From IMG/VR virus record IMGVR_UViG_3300009702_000014, positions 126,445 to 190,444 of that record: a DNA stretch of 64,000 nt. One strand, written 5' to 3'. This DNA comes from a virus (taxonomy: Duplodnaviria; Heunggongvirae; Uroviricota; Caudoviricetes). Shown here one piece after another: positions 1 to 8,487 of this stretch. The notes under the pieces were generated by a model, which was given only the letters and a program-made list of their open reading frames with translations, made no database searches and had not been told where the DNA came from. Position 1 is the first letter of the stretch, and every line of letters starts with the position of its first letter. The position numbers and the translations under genes were made by a program.

Positions 1-74
1 TCTTTCCCAACAGTCTCAGCGAAAGAAATTATGCCGAAATCCTTAGTAAGAAACTTTTCCGTACCAGAAAAACA
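1..74 (-). mobile_element. Intein N-terminal splicing block in RNR (partial)
   Basis: After ...TLMN the frame reads CFSGTEKFLTKDFGIISFAETVGK, an intein block-A-like sequence, in place of the usual RNR continuation. Confidence 0.75.
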
Positions 75-344
75 GTTCATCAACGTGGTACCAGCGTAAT
101 CTGTACCAGCGTTGGCTGTTATTCGGCCACCAAAGGTATTCTTTAGCCCGACAGCATCCCCATTTTCATCGAGCTTAATCATCATGTCAAGGAATTTCTC
201 ATACCAATATTCGGAATCGACCTCAACGCTTGCTAAAGCACGAGCCACCCGTTGAAAGGTTTCAAGTGGTGTTTCGCCGTCATATTGATATTTACTCGCC
301 CAGTTTTGCCGAGCAAGCGTTGTCTTAAATAGTTTATCCTTCAT
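1..344 (-). CDS. nrdJ: Ribonucleotide reductase large subunit, class II (NrdJ)-like, 5' part; runs off the window; intein-interrupted
   Basis: Not in the ORF track. Manual translation from ATG at 344 (TAATG overlap with the trx stop): MKDKLFKTTLARQNWASKYQYDGETPLETFQRVARALASVE...FGGRITANAGTDYAGTTLMN-C. KY..ETP..RVA and GGRI.ANAG..TL.NC are RNR N-terminal motifs. No ATP cone. Confidence 0.85.
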   Translation of the reverse strand, partial: MKDKLFKTTLARQNWASKYQYDGETPLETFQRVARALASVEVDSEYWYEKFLDMMIKLDENGDAVGLKNTFGGRITANAGTDYAGTTLMNCFSGTEKFLTKDFGIISFAETVGK

Positions 345-658
345 TATTCTCCTGAGTAAATATCAAAAGCAGACGTGTAGGTGTGCTTCGCTTGGAGCCC
401 TTTGAACTCGTTTTGTTGGGTACCATTAATAAAAAGCTTGACAGTCGGCACAGATTGAATCCTATATTCTTGTGCAAGCTCGGGAGCTGAGTCTACATCG
501 ACATAATAAAAGTCTAAGGACGGGTACTTTTTAGAAAACTCTTCCATCATAGGGTGGAGGAACTTACAAGGCTGACACCATCCCAATGCGCCAAAATATA
601 CAACAGAATTTGTAAGTTGTGTGCCATCAAAATCAGTGTGTAACATGTTTATCTCCAA
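344..658 (-). CDS. trxA: Thioredoxin
   Basis: WCQPC active site and IQSVPT cis-Pro motif. Likely start is ATG at 646 (GGAGA SD). Confidence 0.92.
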   Translation of the reverse strand: MEINMLHTDFDGTQLTNSVVYFGALGWCQPCKFLHPMMEEFSKKYPSLDFYYVDVDSAPELAQEYRIQSVPTVKLFINGTQQNEFKGLQAKHTYTSAFDIYSGE

Positions 659-1457
659 TAAGCCTTTTAGTTTTTCTTTTCATAGGAAGAGTAGTATCCA
701 AGAGAAGGCCGCGCGCTTTGATACGTTGTATCTCTTCCACTCTAAAGCGTAAATCCCAATAATTACCTGACTTACGTTTAGTTATCTTACCATTAAATTC
801 CTTACTCAATCCTTCTAAAAAGACTAGACTAGCAGATGTTATTGATATAGAACGGCCATCCTTTTTAACCCAACCATCCCCGTCTATGACTCCCCTCAAG
901 AGGCCAAGTTTAAACTGCTCTTGGGCTTGAAAGAACTTGGGAGTAAGTGACATATCATATGTTTTTGAACTAAAAGTTAGATATTCTCTAACTGTCTCCA
1001 TGAATTTTGGCATTGTACAGATATACCTAGATTTAAAACTGGAGGAAAGTGAATTTATATCTACTCTTTGCACAATATCCTCGGCGGAAAAGTTTTCAAG
1101 AAGTAGATTAAAGAAAGCCACTACAGTATCGTGGTCTTTAGATGAGAGGCTAAGTGCAACTCGTTCTACGGGCGACCGATTCTTTCTATTGATTGTAGCG
1201 GAACCATCTGTCGCAAATAACCCTACTGCCCAGCCTAATGCAAATAATTCTATATTCTGTCGTTCTTTATACTTTGTACGATAGCCCCGTGTCCGTGGAC
1301 TGTTTAGTTTGGAACGATGTTCTACGACTGTCCGCCGCCCGCGCCCTAATTGAGCGGCAATCCAAGCATTAGACTTATCTTTATGCTCTAAAAGAAAGTC
1401 TGTTTCTTTTTGACTCCATCTATTATGTTTTCCCATATTTACATTATATAGCACCAA
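633..1457 (-). CDS. Free-standing two-motif LAGLIDADG homing endonuclease with N-terminal Myb/HTH-like domain
   Basis: WAVGLFATDGS and LLRGVIDGDGW motifs; N-terminal RWSQKETDFL...IAAQLGRGRRTV. Likely start is ATG at 1436. Confidence 0.85.
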   Translation of the reverse strand: MVLYNVNMGKHNRWSQKETDFLLEHKDKSNAWIAAQLGRGRRTVVEHRSKLNSPRTRGYRTKYKERQNIELFALGWAVGLFATDGSATINRKNRSPVERVALSLSSKDHDTVVAFFNLLLENFSAEDIVQRVDINSLSSSFKSRYICTMPKFMETVREYLTFSSKTYDMSLTPKFFQAQEQFKLGLLRGVIDGDGWVKKDGRSISITSASLVFLEGLSKEFNGKITKRKSGNYWDLRFRVEEIQRIKARGLLLDTTLPMKRKTKRLIGDKHVTH

Positions 1458-1471
1458 AGCGCATAGCTCAA
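1443..1471 (-). promoter_or_regulatory. sigma70-type promoter, leaderless
   Basis: TTGAGC-N17-TATAAT-N6-ATG(1436); no SD. Confidence 0.7.
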
Positions 1472-2016
1472 TCAGCTTTATTCTCCTTTAGGTACTTGTG
1501 TACCTTTCTCAAAAACGAAAGACTTTCTCTAGGTGGATTCCCTACAATGGGTATATCTAATGTTTGTTTATTATTGAGCGCCTCCAAAGGGACCAAAACT
1601 ACCTTGCTTTTATATCCATAGTTCGCAACTTCTTTTATATTGTCCTTATACTCGCGTTCTAGCTCACTAAGTTGCTCCTGAGTGAAGAAGTACATCTTCC
1701 ACGTCAAATCTTCTTTAAAAATATAGACAATACAGTCGGCTTCCGTCGTATGAAGCCATCCTTTTTTGTGTACAACACCATCTTTTTGTCTAGAAACAAC
1801 CTCAATAGCCATATTTCCGGTTGAAGATGCTTTCAGGTCAAACTTCGTGTCGTAAAAAATCCCATCCACAACAAAATCTATACCACGTTTCTGCCAAGAG
1901 CGTGTAGAAGATACATTCTTTACGTCTTTTCTAATTTTTCCCATCAGGGAGATAAAGAGAGCCTCTCCTATCTCACCAACACTGTTTGAGGTTAGAAAAT
2001 TATGAGTCTGTGCCAT
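1468..2016 (-). CDS. PD-(D/E)xK restriction-endonuclease-fold protein
   Basis: GE...GIDF...YDTKFD...TGNMAIE...GW..T.AD pattern typical of phage REase-like proteins. Confidence 0.55.
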   Translation of the reverse strand: MAQTHNFLTSNSVGEIGEALFISLMGKIRKDVKNVSSTRSWQKRGIDFVVDGIFYDTKFDLKASSTGNMAIEVVSRQKDGVVHKKGWLHTTEADCIVYIFKEDLTWKMYFFTQEQLSELEREYKDNIKEVANYGYKSKVVLVPLEALNNKQTLDIPIVGNPPRESLSFLRKVHKYLKENKAD

Positions 2017-2026
2017 GTGTACCCAA

Positions 2027-2377
2027 TCAGGAACGCTGATGGTCTCTCTTTACCATGTCAAGAGCTTCCAAAGCCAGTTCCATATCCTCAGGCTCCATCA
2101 TAACATACTCTTCTATGAGATTTATGACAACATCAACAGGGTCTACGGCATAGTGGGACCAAAACTCGTGTTTGCCCCACCCATGCCGCTCATCAAGATG
2201 AACCCTGTGCGCGAGAGGAACGGCCCCAAAGTCAAAATATTTCTTTAGCCCGTCAGAGTATTTTCGAGTTACAGACTCATGATGTATGTCGGAAGGGTAT
2301 TCTCCGGTGATACAACAATACTGCTCCCCAACGAAGTCCAAGTAGGCCGGACTCTTGTATACTGTCTTATAGCTCAT
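2027..2377 (-). CDS. Ref/DUF968-like HNH-type Zn-binding protein
   Basis: YLDFV..QYCCITG....DIHH...VPLAHRVHLDERH. Confidence 0.5.
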   Translation of the reverse strand: MSYKTVYKSPAYLDFVGEQYCCITGEYPSDIHHESVTRKYSDGLKKYFDFGAVPLAHRVHLDERHGWGKHEFWSHYAVDPVDVVINLIEEYVMMEPEDMELALEALDMVKRDHQRS

Positions 2378-2413
2378 CGTGTCTCCTGTTGAAAATACTT
2401 ATCTTAGCACTAC

Positions 2414-2445
2414 ATTATGCCATTAACAAACATGAGAATCATTAA
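2414..2445 (-). promoter_or_regulatory. Promoter with TTAATGATTCTCAT box in the -35 position
   Basis: TTAATGATTCTCAT-N12-CATAAT; same layout as 18872-18903. Confidence 0.5.
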
Positions 2446-2455
2446 GAATACCTAC

Positions 2456-2493
2456 AGAAAAGAGTCTAGATATATTATCCAGACCCTCCTTCT
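2456..2493 (-). terminator. Probable intrinsic terminator after recA
   Basis: About 13-bp stem (AGGAGGGTCTGGA / TCTAGACTCTTTT, with G-U pairs) ending in a T run. Confidence 0.5.
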
Positions 2494-2509
2494 TTGATAT
2501 GTGTAGTTG

Positions 2510-3544
2510 CTATAAAAGCTTAGCTACCTGAGCCCGAATCCGGTCAAAGGCATCCAAATCTGATGCCAAAAACTCTAAAATACCAGGACGGCCACGGAAT
2601 CTAGGCTCCTCTACATCAGGTATCCATTCAGCGGGGAGTGTATACATGGAACCCTCTTTCTTAATACCAAGTCTTTCTAACAAATTCTTATCTGTAAGAA
2701 TGTTGGCTAACTCTTCAATCAGGTCTATATTACCATTCTCATCTATAAAATATTTGGCTTCCTTGAACGGCACACTCAACTTATTCTTTTCTGTATATGC
2801 TGTAATCTCTAGAGGGTCTGAGCCTCTTTTTTTGGCTTTTAGTGTGATAATTATAGACGAATGGAAATCTAAAGCGTGACCTCCTGGACGCACAGGTTTA
2901 GGGTTGTACATATTAAGAGAGTCCCGTTGCTGATTTGTAAAAATCATCCACATGTTGTTACGTGAAATGGGTCCATTTAGCTTAGGAATAAAATCAGACA
3001 TAATCTTAGCCCTCTTACCCATATTGGCGTCTCCTAATTCACCAGAGACCACTGCTTTGATTGGGGCCCCTGCTACGGAGTCGAAGACAATCATATCCAC
3101 AGTCCTAGAGTTGGCCAAACGAACAGCTACTTCTCCTGCTGTTTCTAAATCATCTGTTTTAATCCAATCCATATTAGACATGTCTACGCCTTGTTTTTCA
3201 GCCCAATATGGGTCTAATGCGTACTCTGTATCTATGAAGACAATCTTACCACCCATTTTTTGTAGGTTAGCAACCGCTTTTAGTGCATGGGTGGTTTTGC
3301 CGGAAGCTTCCCAACCGGCTAAAACAGAGATTCGCCCTCGTGGATACCCACCTATACCTGTAGCGATATCAAGACTTAAGCTACCAGTCGATATAACATC
3401 TACCTTGGCTATTTCTCCCAAGATTACACTTTCATCCCCAAAGTCTTTTTGAATTCCTTGAATGACACTGGCAATGGACTTACCGCTGCCATTATTAAAC
3501 TGCATTCGGGCTCCTAAATCTGAATCATCTTTTTTCATAACCAT
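2510..3544 (-). CDS. recA: RecA/UvsX recombinase
   Basis: ISTGSLSLDIATGIGGYPRGR, Walker A GWEASGKTT, IVFDSVA, IFTNQ, PGGHALDF, KNK. Confidence 0.96.
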   Translation of the reverse strand: MVMKKDDSDLGARMQFNNGSGKSIASVIQGIQKDFGDESVILGEIAKVDVISTGSLSLDIATGIGGYPRGRISVLAGWEASGKTTHALKAVANLQKMGGKIVFIDTEYALDPYWAEKQGVDMSNMDWIKTDDLETAGEVAVRLANSRTVDMIVFDSVAGAPIKAVVSGELGDANMGKRAKIMSDFIPKLNGPISRNNMWMIFTNQQRDSLNMYNPKPVRPGGHALDFHSSIIITLKAKKRGSDPLEITAYTEKNKLSVPFKEAKYFIDENGNIDLIEELANILTDKNLLERLGIKKEGSMYTLPAEWIPDVEEPRFRGRPGILEFLASDLDAFDRIRAQVAKLL

Positions 3545-3546
3545 GT

Positions 3547-4332
3547 TTACGCCCCTTGTAGAACTGATGTGAGATACTCATAAAGCGCTCTCTTAACTAC
3601 AAGAGGAGCAGCAGGGTTGTAATGTCCCATAACTTCTACTTCGCTGATTGCAAGTTCAATATTCTCACGGACGGCATTCTCAACTTCCAATGCACGTGCC
3701 TCCGCAATGATTTTTTTAATTATATCATCCGGGTTGGGGCGGTCAACAGGATAAGCCCACTCTGGGAGCTGAGGCGTTTCTACAACTCTACCATACTCGG
3801 CTCTTCCCTTGAGGCCCTTCAAATCATAAAGATAAGCCCCGATACCAAATTTAACCGCAGCACGCTTCAAAGCATCAGAAGTTGCGCCCTTTAGTTGGTC
3901 AGCCATCGACGGGCTACCAACATCGGCCTTAGTGACACCAAGAATAGTCAAATCACATTGCATCCCGCCGTATTTTATATCATTATATTCGTATTCGGCA
4001 AACGACTTATCCTTGAGGCCCGTGATTTTGCCCTGCTTGAACCAGAATACATCCTTTTCATCGAGCCCTAATTCCGATATTTTGGACTGGACAGCAGCGA
4101 CACTGGTAACATCTTTTACCTCTGTTTCGGTAACGGTTGTTGGGTGGTAAGAGTCATGCCAGTTTTCGGCCCCAATAACCCCATTTAGACGTTCAATGAC
4201 TTGACGGGCGTCAAGGTAGGCTAACACTGTGTTGCCTCCACCAACGCGAAAGTTCAACTCTTCGATTGGAAACGGCTCTGATAAGCGCTCGATAACCCAA
4301 TTATCAAGCTTTAAGCTCAAGTTGCTACTCAT
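3547..4332 (-). CDS. Rad52/Rad22-family single-strand annealing protein
   Basis: LAYLDARQVIERLNGVIG..NW, KGATSDALKRAAVKFGIGAYLY. Confidence 0.9.
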   Translation of the reverse strand: MSSNLSLKLDNWVIERLSEPFPIEELNFRVGGGNTVLAYLDARQVIERLNGVIGAENWHDSYHPTTVTETEVKDVTSVAAVQSKISELGLDEKDVFWFKQGKITGLKDKSFAEYEYNDIKYGGMQCDLTILGVTKADVGSPSMADQLKGATSDALKRAAVKFGIGAYLYDLKGLKGRAEYGRVVETPQLPEWAYPVDRPNPDDIIKKIIAEARALEVENAVRENIELAISEVEVMGHYNPAAPLVVKRALYEYLTSVLQGA

Positions 4333-4361
4333 TATGTCCTCCTTAGTGGTACATATAAGTC

Positions 4362-4390
4362 ATTATAGCATGGATATTTAAGGTCGTCCA
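4362..4390 (-). promoter_or_regulatory. sigma70-type promoter with extended -10
   Basis: TGGACG-N17-TATAAT with TG at -15/-14, upstream of the AAGGAGG SD. Confidence 0.7.
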
Positions 4391-4393
4391 CTG

Positions 4394-5740
4394 TTAAAAA
4401 GTACGATTATATGAAGATTTTGCTTCAAAAATGCCAAAATTCTTCTTAAACACTAGGTCATTGGTAAAGACTGGCCCGTTTCTCTGTTTCGCAATCTCAA
4501 GCTTGACATATACCTCATCCTGGTCTTTAAGATACTCGTCTACATCTTCTAAGCCCAAGTCACTGATGCTATTCAAGTCGTGGTAGAGAAAGGCCACTAT
4601 AGAAGCATCTTGTTCCAAGGAACCTGAATCTCTCAAATCAGCCAGGTTAGGACGCCCTGTGCTGCTCCTTTTTACTACGTCTCGATTTAGCTGAGAGGCT
4701 ATAACTAACGGTATATTTAACTCGCTGGCTACATTTTTTAATTCTCGGGAAATTTGACTTAGCTGTTCATTACGATTGCGAGTCGCAAGTTGACCAGCAG
4801 CCCCAATTAGGCCAATATAATCCACGTATACAATATCGCAATGGTGGTCGTAAACTAGTTTCCTAATCTTTTGTGGTACTGTGTTGCTATTAAATGGTCC
4901 AACATCATCCACGAAAAATGGTTGTTCGGAATACCACAACAGTGCCGCCATCAAATGCTCATCAGCTTGGAACTCGTCACCTCCCATCCTCAGAATTTCG
5001 GCCCCGTCCACCTTTGCACGGGCCGCAACCAAACGATTGAGTAACTTAGCAGACTCCATTTCCATCGACAAAAAGCCGATTTTTGCACCTTTTTCCAGAT
5101 TAACTCGTGCGGACTGCAACATCATGGCCGTTTTGCCTGTACCAGGACGTGCTGCAAGATAGGAAATTTCCTTGCTATCAAAATCAACTAACTTTGTGTC
5201 TATTTCTGGCACGCCCGTATAAAGCCAACTGTTCCTACCTCGATAAAGCATTTCTATGTAGCTTTTCATCAAGTCAGCGCCCGTAGTTACTTGCTGTTTG
5301 ACTCCCTTCCCATTAATACTCTGCACCAGGGAGGAAAGCTGCTCTGTATACTCGTTTAAAGACTGATTTCTTTGCTGTAGTTCCTTTGAAAGTTGCCCAA
5401 GTTCAAACTCTAGAGTTCTGAACCCAGAAAATTCGGCTATTTGAACTGCAAAAGCCATCACAGTCTCTCCACTAACGCGATAATCCAGGAATCCTCGCAA
5501 CTCAGTCTCAGTTATACCTTCGTATGATTGTTTGTATAGTTCATTCCAGACAGTTTTCACATTAACTTCTACATTATTCGTAAAAAGTCTAATCATGGCA
5601 CCATAAACTGTCTTGGTGTCTCCATAATAGAAGTCGTCCTCACTAAGTAAACCTATAAGCCTGGGCAGGAGGGTCCCATCATACATCACACTTCCCAGAA
5701 TCGAGACTTCGCTTTCCCTAGAATTCAAAAGTTCATTCAT
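4394..5740 (-). CDS. dnaB: Replicative DNA helicase DnaB
   Basis: AARPGTGKT, FLSMEM, VYVDYIGLI, SQLNR, DLRDSGSLEQDA, IAKQRNGP. No intein. Confidence 0.96.
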   Translation of the reverse strand: MNELLNSRESEVSILGSVMYDGTLLPRLIGLLSEDDFYYGDTKTVYGAMIRLFTNNVEVNVKTVWNELYKQSYEGITETELRGFLDYRVSGETVMAFAVQIAEFSGFRTLEFELGQLSKELQQRNQSLNEYTEQLSSLVQSINGKGVKQQVTTGADLMKSYIEMLYRGRNSWLYTGVPEIDTKLVDFDSKEISYLAARPGTGKTAMMLQSARVNLEKGAKIGFLSMEMESAKLLNRLVAARAKVDGAEILRMGGDEFQADEHLMAALLWYSEQPFFVDDVGPFNSNTVPQKIRKLVYDHHCDIVYVDYIGLIGAAGQLATRNRNEQLSQISRELKNVASELNIPLVIASQLNRDVVKRSSTGRPNLADLRDSGSLEQDASIVAFLYHDLNSISDLGLEDVDEYLKDQDEVYVKLEIAKQRNGPVFTNDLVFKKNFGIFEAKSSYNRTF

Positions 5741-6596
5741 TTTGCTCCTTAATCAACGCAAACATTGGATTCAACACAGGTTGTGTTTGACTTCTCTGCT
5801 CTTTTCGCTCCCGTTCCTCGCGTTCCTTCTTAGCTAGATGTGCTTGCTCTGCTTCGATACGTCTTTGCTCTGCAAGTTGTATCTGTTTCTGCTTCTCTTG
5901 CTTTGTGAAGATGTGTTTTCCCTTCTGGTAATTAACTTCCAGGTTGCGAAGGCAGTTATCAAACCCATAACCGTTCTCAAGGTAATAGTAGTTGGTTGAA
6001 ACATAGGTTGTGGCTATACGAAGCTTCTCTTCCAGGTCCTCCGGGAACTCTTTTAAAGCCTTTTGCACTAGCTTGCGTCGACTTCCGCGTATGGTGCGAA
6101 TCTTTGCAAGCCCTCCGCAGTTATCATTCCATGTATTTATGAGATTCTGGTATCCGTCAACGGAAGTTGACGTAATGCTATTACTACTATCCTTATTACT
6201 ACCCTCTATATTAATAGGGCCCGAATCATGGGAACCCATGTTGGCGGAACCCATGTTCTCGGTCTCCATCAATCCGATATCCGAAATTCCAATATCGGTG
6301 GTATGAGGCCGTTCATAAACTAGGTAGATGTATTGACCAAAATCACCATTATCTTTTCTCTCCTGGTGTCTAACCAGATAACCAGCTTCTTCTAGCTCTT
6401 TAATGCCAGAAGAAACACTCGCTTTCCCTTCTCTTGTATTCGTAACAATTTCACTCAGATAGAACTTCCAACCATCTGGGCGGCTTAACATATACACTAG
6501 TAAACCCTTAGCTTTGAAACTCAAATTATCATCATAAAGACATGTTTTATCAATCTGCACAAACGGGTTTTCACGTTTGACAGTTCTAAAAATCAT
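5733..6596 (-). CDS. Phage replication initiator (N-terminal winged HTH, lambda-O-like layout)
   Basis: NPFVQI...LSFKAKGLLVYMLSRPDGW...ELEEAGYL; low-complexity repeat linker; C-terminal INTWND...RRK domain; directly upstream of dnaB. Confidence 0.75.
   Translation of the reverse strand: MIFRTVKRENPFVQIDKTCLYDDNLSFKAKGLLVYMLSRPDGWKFYLSEIVTNTREGKASVSSGIKELEEAGYLVRHQERKDNGDFGQYIYLVYERPHTTDIGISDIGLMETENMGSANMGSHDSGPINIEGSNKDSSNSITSTSVDGYQNLINTWNDNCGGLAKIRTIRGSRRKLVQKALKEFPEDLEEKLRIATTYVSTNYYYLENGYGFDNCLRNLEVNYQKGKHIFTKQEKQKQIQLAEQRRIEAEQAHLAKKEREERERKEQRSQTQPVLNPMFALIKEQNE
6181..6300. repeat. Short direct repeats inside the initiator gene (candidate iterons/origin)
   Basis: GGAACCCATGTT x2 (6231, 6246), TTACTAC x2, CCGATAT/CCGAAAT/CCAATAT cluster. 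Confidence 0.45.
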
Positions 6597-6864
6597 CTTC
6601 TAGATTCTCCCTGACTTCATAGGTAAAACGACCAAAACGTCCTCTTGACCTTTCCTGGATTTTTTGTAAATAGCCCCGAGCTTCTAACTCATTAATTCCT
6701 GTCATTACGCCGTTTCTTCCATCTGTGGCTTGTGCTACTATATCCTTGACATGCACATCCGGGTACTGTAAAAGAAAAGCCAATATTCCCTTTGCTTTCC
6801 AGCTAATTTCTTGGTCTAAAATGTAGTCCATCTTTTCCTTCCTTCCAATGTGTGTTATAATCAA
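6586..6864 (-). CDS. HTH-only paralogue of the initiator N-terminal domain
   Basis: ISWKAKGILAFLL...GINELEARGYL...RGRFGRFTYEVRE parallels the initiator N-terminus. Likely start is ATG at 6831. Confidence 0.7.
   Translation of the reverse strand: MIITHIGRKEKMDYILDQEISWKAKGILAFLLQYPDVHVKDIVAQATDGRNGVMTGINELEARGYLQKIQERSRGRFGRFTYEVRENLEDDF
6853..6861 (+). promoter_or_regulatory. Rightward extended -10 promoter
   Basis: TGTTATAAT; weak -35. Confidence 0.55.
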
Positions 6865-6892
6865 GTATACAACAAAAACGGATAACGGTCAA
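6864..6892 (-). promoter_or_regulatory. Leftward promoter of the replication operon
   Basis: TTGACC-N17-TATACT. Confidence 0.75.
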
Positions 6893-6893
6893 C

Positions 6894-7445
6894 ATGAATA
6901 ATATTACAAATAAGGATATATTAATCAATCTGGACATCGCCCTTAATAAGACAGGATTGTCTATTCTTGATACTAAGGATAACATTCTTTATTCCGAAGT
7001 AGTTACAGTTAAATCACATTGGGAATATTACAAAAAACTGAATCATCTTTATGAGTATTACCTTAAGTTTTTTGATAAGGTTTTCAATCTTAAACCTAAA
7101 AGTGTCCTTCTAATCTTAGAAGGTCGTCTAAAGGCTGGATTTTCTGGCAATACATTAGCTTCCATTGAAGGAGCCCGCACTACTGCCTATCGTGCGTACT
7201 ATATTGTATGTCATAAGCATGAGGTTGATGTGAGAATGAAAATTTATGACCCTCAAACTGTCAAACAGTATTTTTCTGGGCGCCGTAATGCTGATAAAGA
7301 ATTGATGTACAAGTCAGCACTCTCACGCTTCTCATCGTTGAATACAGTAGAATTCCAGGAAGATATTTATGATTCGTTATATTTGGGACTGTATCATTTA
7401 CATGCCTCCAAGAAGGTTACACCATCAAAAAGAAAGAAGAAGTAA
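6894..7445 (+). CDS. RuvC-like Holliday junction resolvase
   Basis: NLDIALNKTGLS, LILEG, EDIYDSLYLG acidic catalytic pattern of the RNase H fold. Confidence 0.75.
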   Translation: MNNITNKDILINLDIALNKTGLSILDTKDNILYSEVVTVKSHWEYYKKLNHLYEYYLKFFDKVFNLKPKSVLLILEGRLKAGFSGNTLASIEGARTTAYRAYYIVCHKHEVDVRMKIYDPQTVKQYFSGRRNADKELMYKSALSRFSSLNTVEFQEDIYDSLYLGLYHLHASKKVTPSKRKKK

Positions 7446-7454
7446 GGAGACGAT

Positions 7455-7928
7455 ATGGGCATTTTATCTGACATTCGTCAACACGCGGGGCTAAAAGAGA
7501 TTTGGATTGACCGCAATAAGTTGATGATGAGCCTAGGAATAGACCTTGAGAACGCGGAATACATTGTATTGAACCAGCTCTCTCCAGAAGAAGTAGCCGA
7601 CCTTCTAGTTAAGTCTCTTATGTGGATGGAGACTATCAACGAAAAAGTGGGCACCGCAAAAAAGTTCAAAATGGATGAAGAGTTGGAGCGAGACAGAGTA
7701 TTCAATGACGTTGTACGAAAGCTGATGGGGATTGAAGATGGTCTTAAAGTCACAGAAGCAAAAGCGGCTGCTAAAAGTCACCATGAGTATGTAGCGGATT
7801 CGAAACGCTATAATACATTAGCCGCGTATGTGGATTATTTGTCCCGGTTGCTCGACAATCTGGACAAATATCACTACGCCATCAAATCTCGTATTGACGC
7901 AGCAAGAAACATTGAAAGGAAATACTGA
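7455..7928 (+). CDS. Helical protein, UvsY-like recombination mediator (tentative)
   Basis: All-helical; EAKAAAKSHHEY...LDNLDKYHYAIKSRID resembles the UvsY C-terminus. Confidence 0.4.
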   Translation: MGILSDIRQHAGLKEIWIDRNKLMMSLGIDLENAEYIVLNQLSPEEVADLLVKSLMWMETINEKVGTAKKFKMDEELERDRVFNDVVRKLMGIEDGLKVTEAKAAAKSHHEYVADSKRYNTLAAYVDYLSRLLDNLDKYHYAIKSRIDAARNIERKY

Positions 7929-8421
7929 GAGAGGACTGATTTTAATGCGTAATTCGGAAAAGTATGCTACAACAGATGGACGGACCCCTGAGGTAGACGG
8001 GCCTACTCCGACCGAGGAAACCTTGGCAGATGGACAATATAAATCTCACTGGATTTTGACGAAGGAGGAGCGTTCCAAGGGATTTATTCGGCCTGTGCGC
8101 ACTTCGTATAAACATGTTGGTGTACGCCCAACGTACTCCTTGCGTGCCTTAACACCACATGAACAGGAGGTACATAGTGAGATGAATTACCAATACTATG
8201 AAGAATATCCTCCCGAAAAGCTTCCCCTCATTGGGCATTATTGGACTGAGGAAGCACTAAATAGTGGGTGTGGTGGCGTTACAACGATGCCATATGACAT
8301 CGCAGAAACCTGGGCAGCAGACCCACATTTCTACGGTTCCACTTTTTGTGCTCGTTGCCATAAGTACTTGCCTGTCGAGGAATTCGTGTGGAACGGTACA
8401 AATGAAAGACTTGGTTCATGA
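7828..8421 (+). CDS. Conserved phage Zn-binding hypothetical protein
   Basis: GQY..HWILTKEERSKGFIRPVR...CGGVTTM..IAETWA..P.FYGSTFCARC. Likely start is ATG at 7945 (GAGAGGA SD). Confidence 0.6.
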   Translation: MWIICPGCSTIWTNITTPSNLVLTQQETLKGNTERGLILMRNSEKYATTDGRTPEVDGPTPTEETLADGQYKSHWILTKEERSKGFIRPVRTSYKHVGVRPTYSLRALTPHEQEVHSEMNYQYYEEYPPEKLPLIGHYWTEEALNSGCGGVTTMPYDIAETWAADPHFYGSTFCARCHKYLPVEEFVWNGTNERLGS

Positions 8422-8487
8422 TGGAAGATAAGAAACATAACGGATATCTCCCCACTGGTAATATCTAGTTATCACGGATACATACTA

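Noticed and set aside
4394-5740. Intein or intron in DnaB (also considered for RecA, ThyX and DnaG)
   Set aside because: Lengths are normal and motifs are contiguous.
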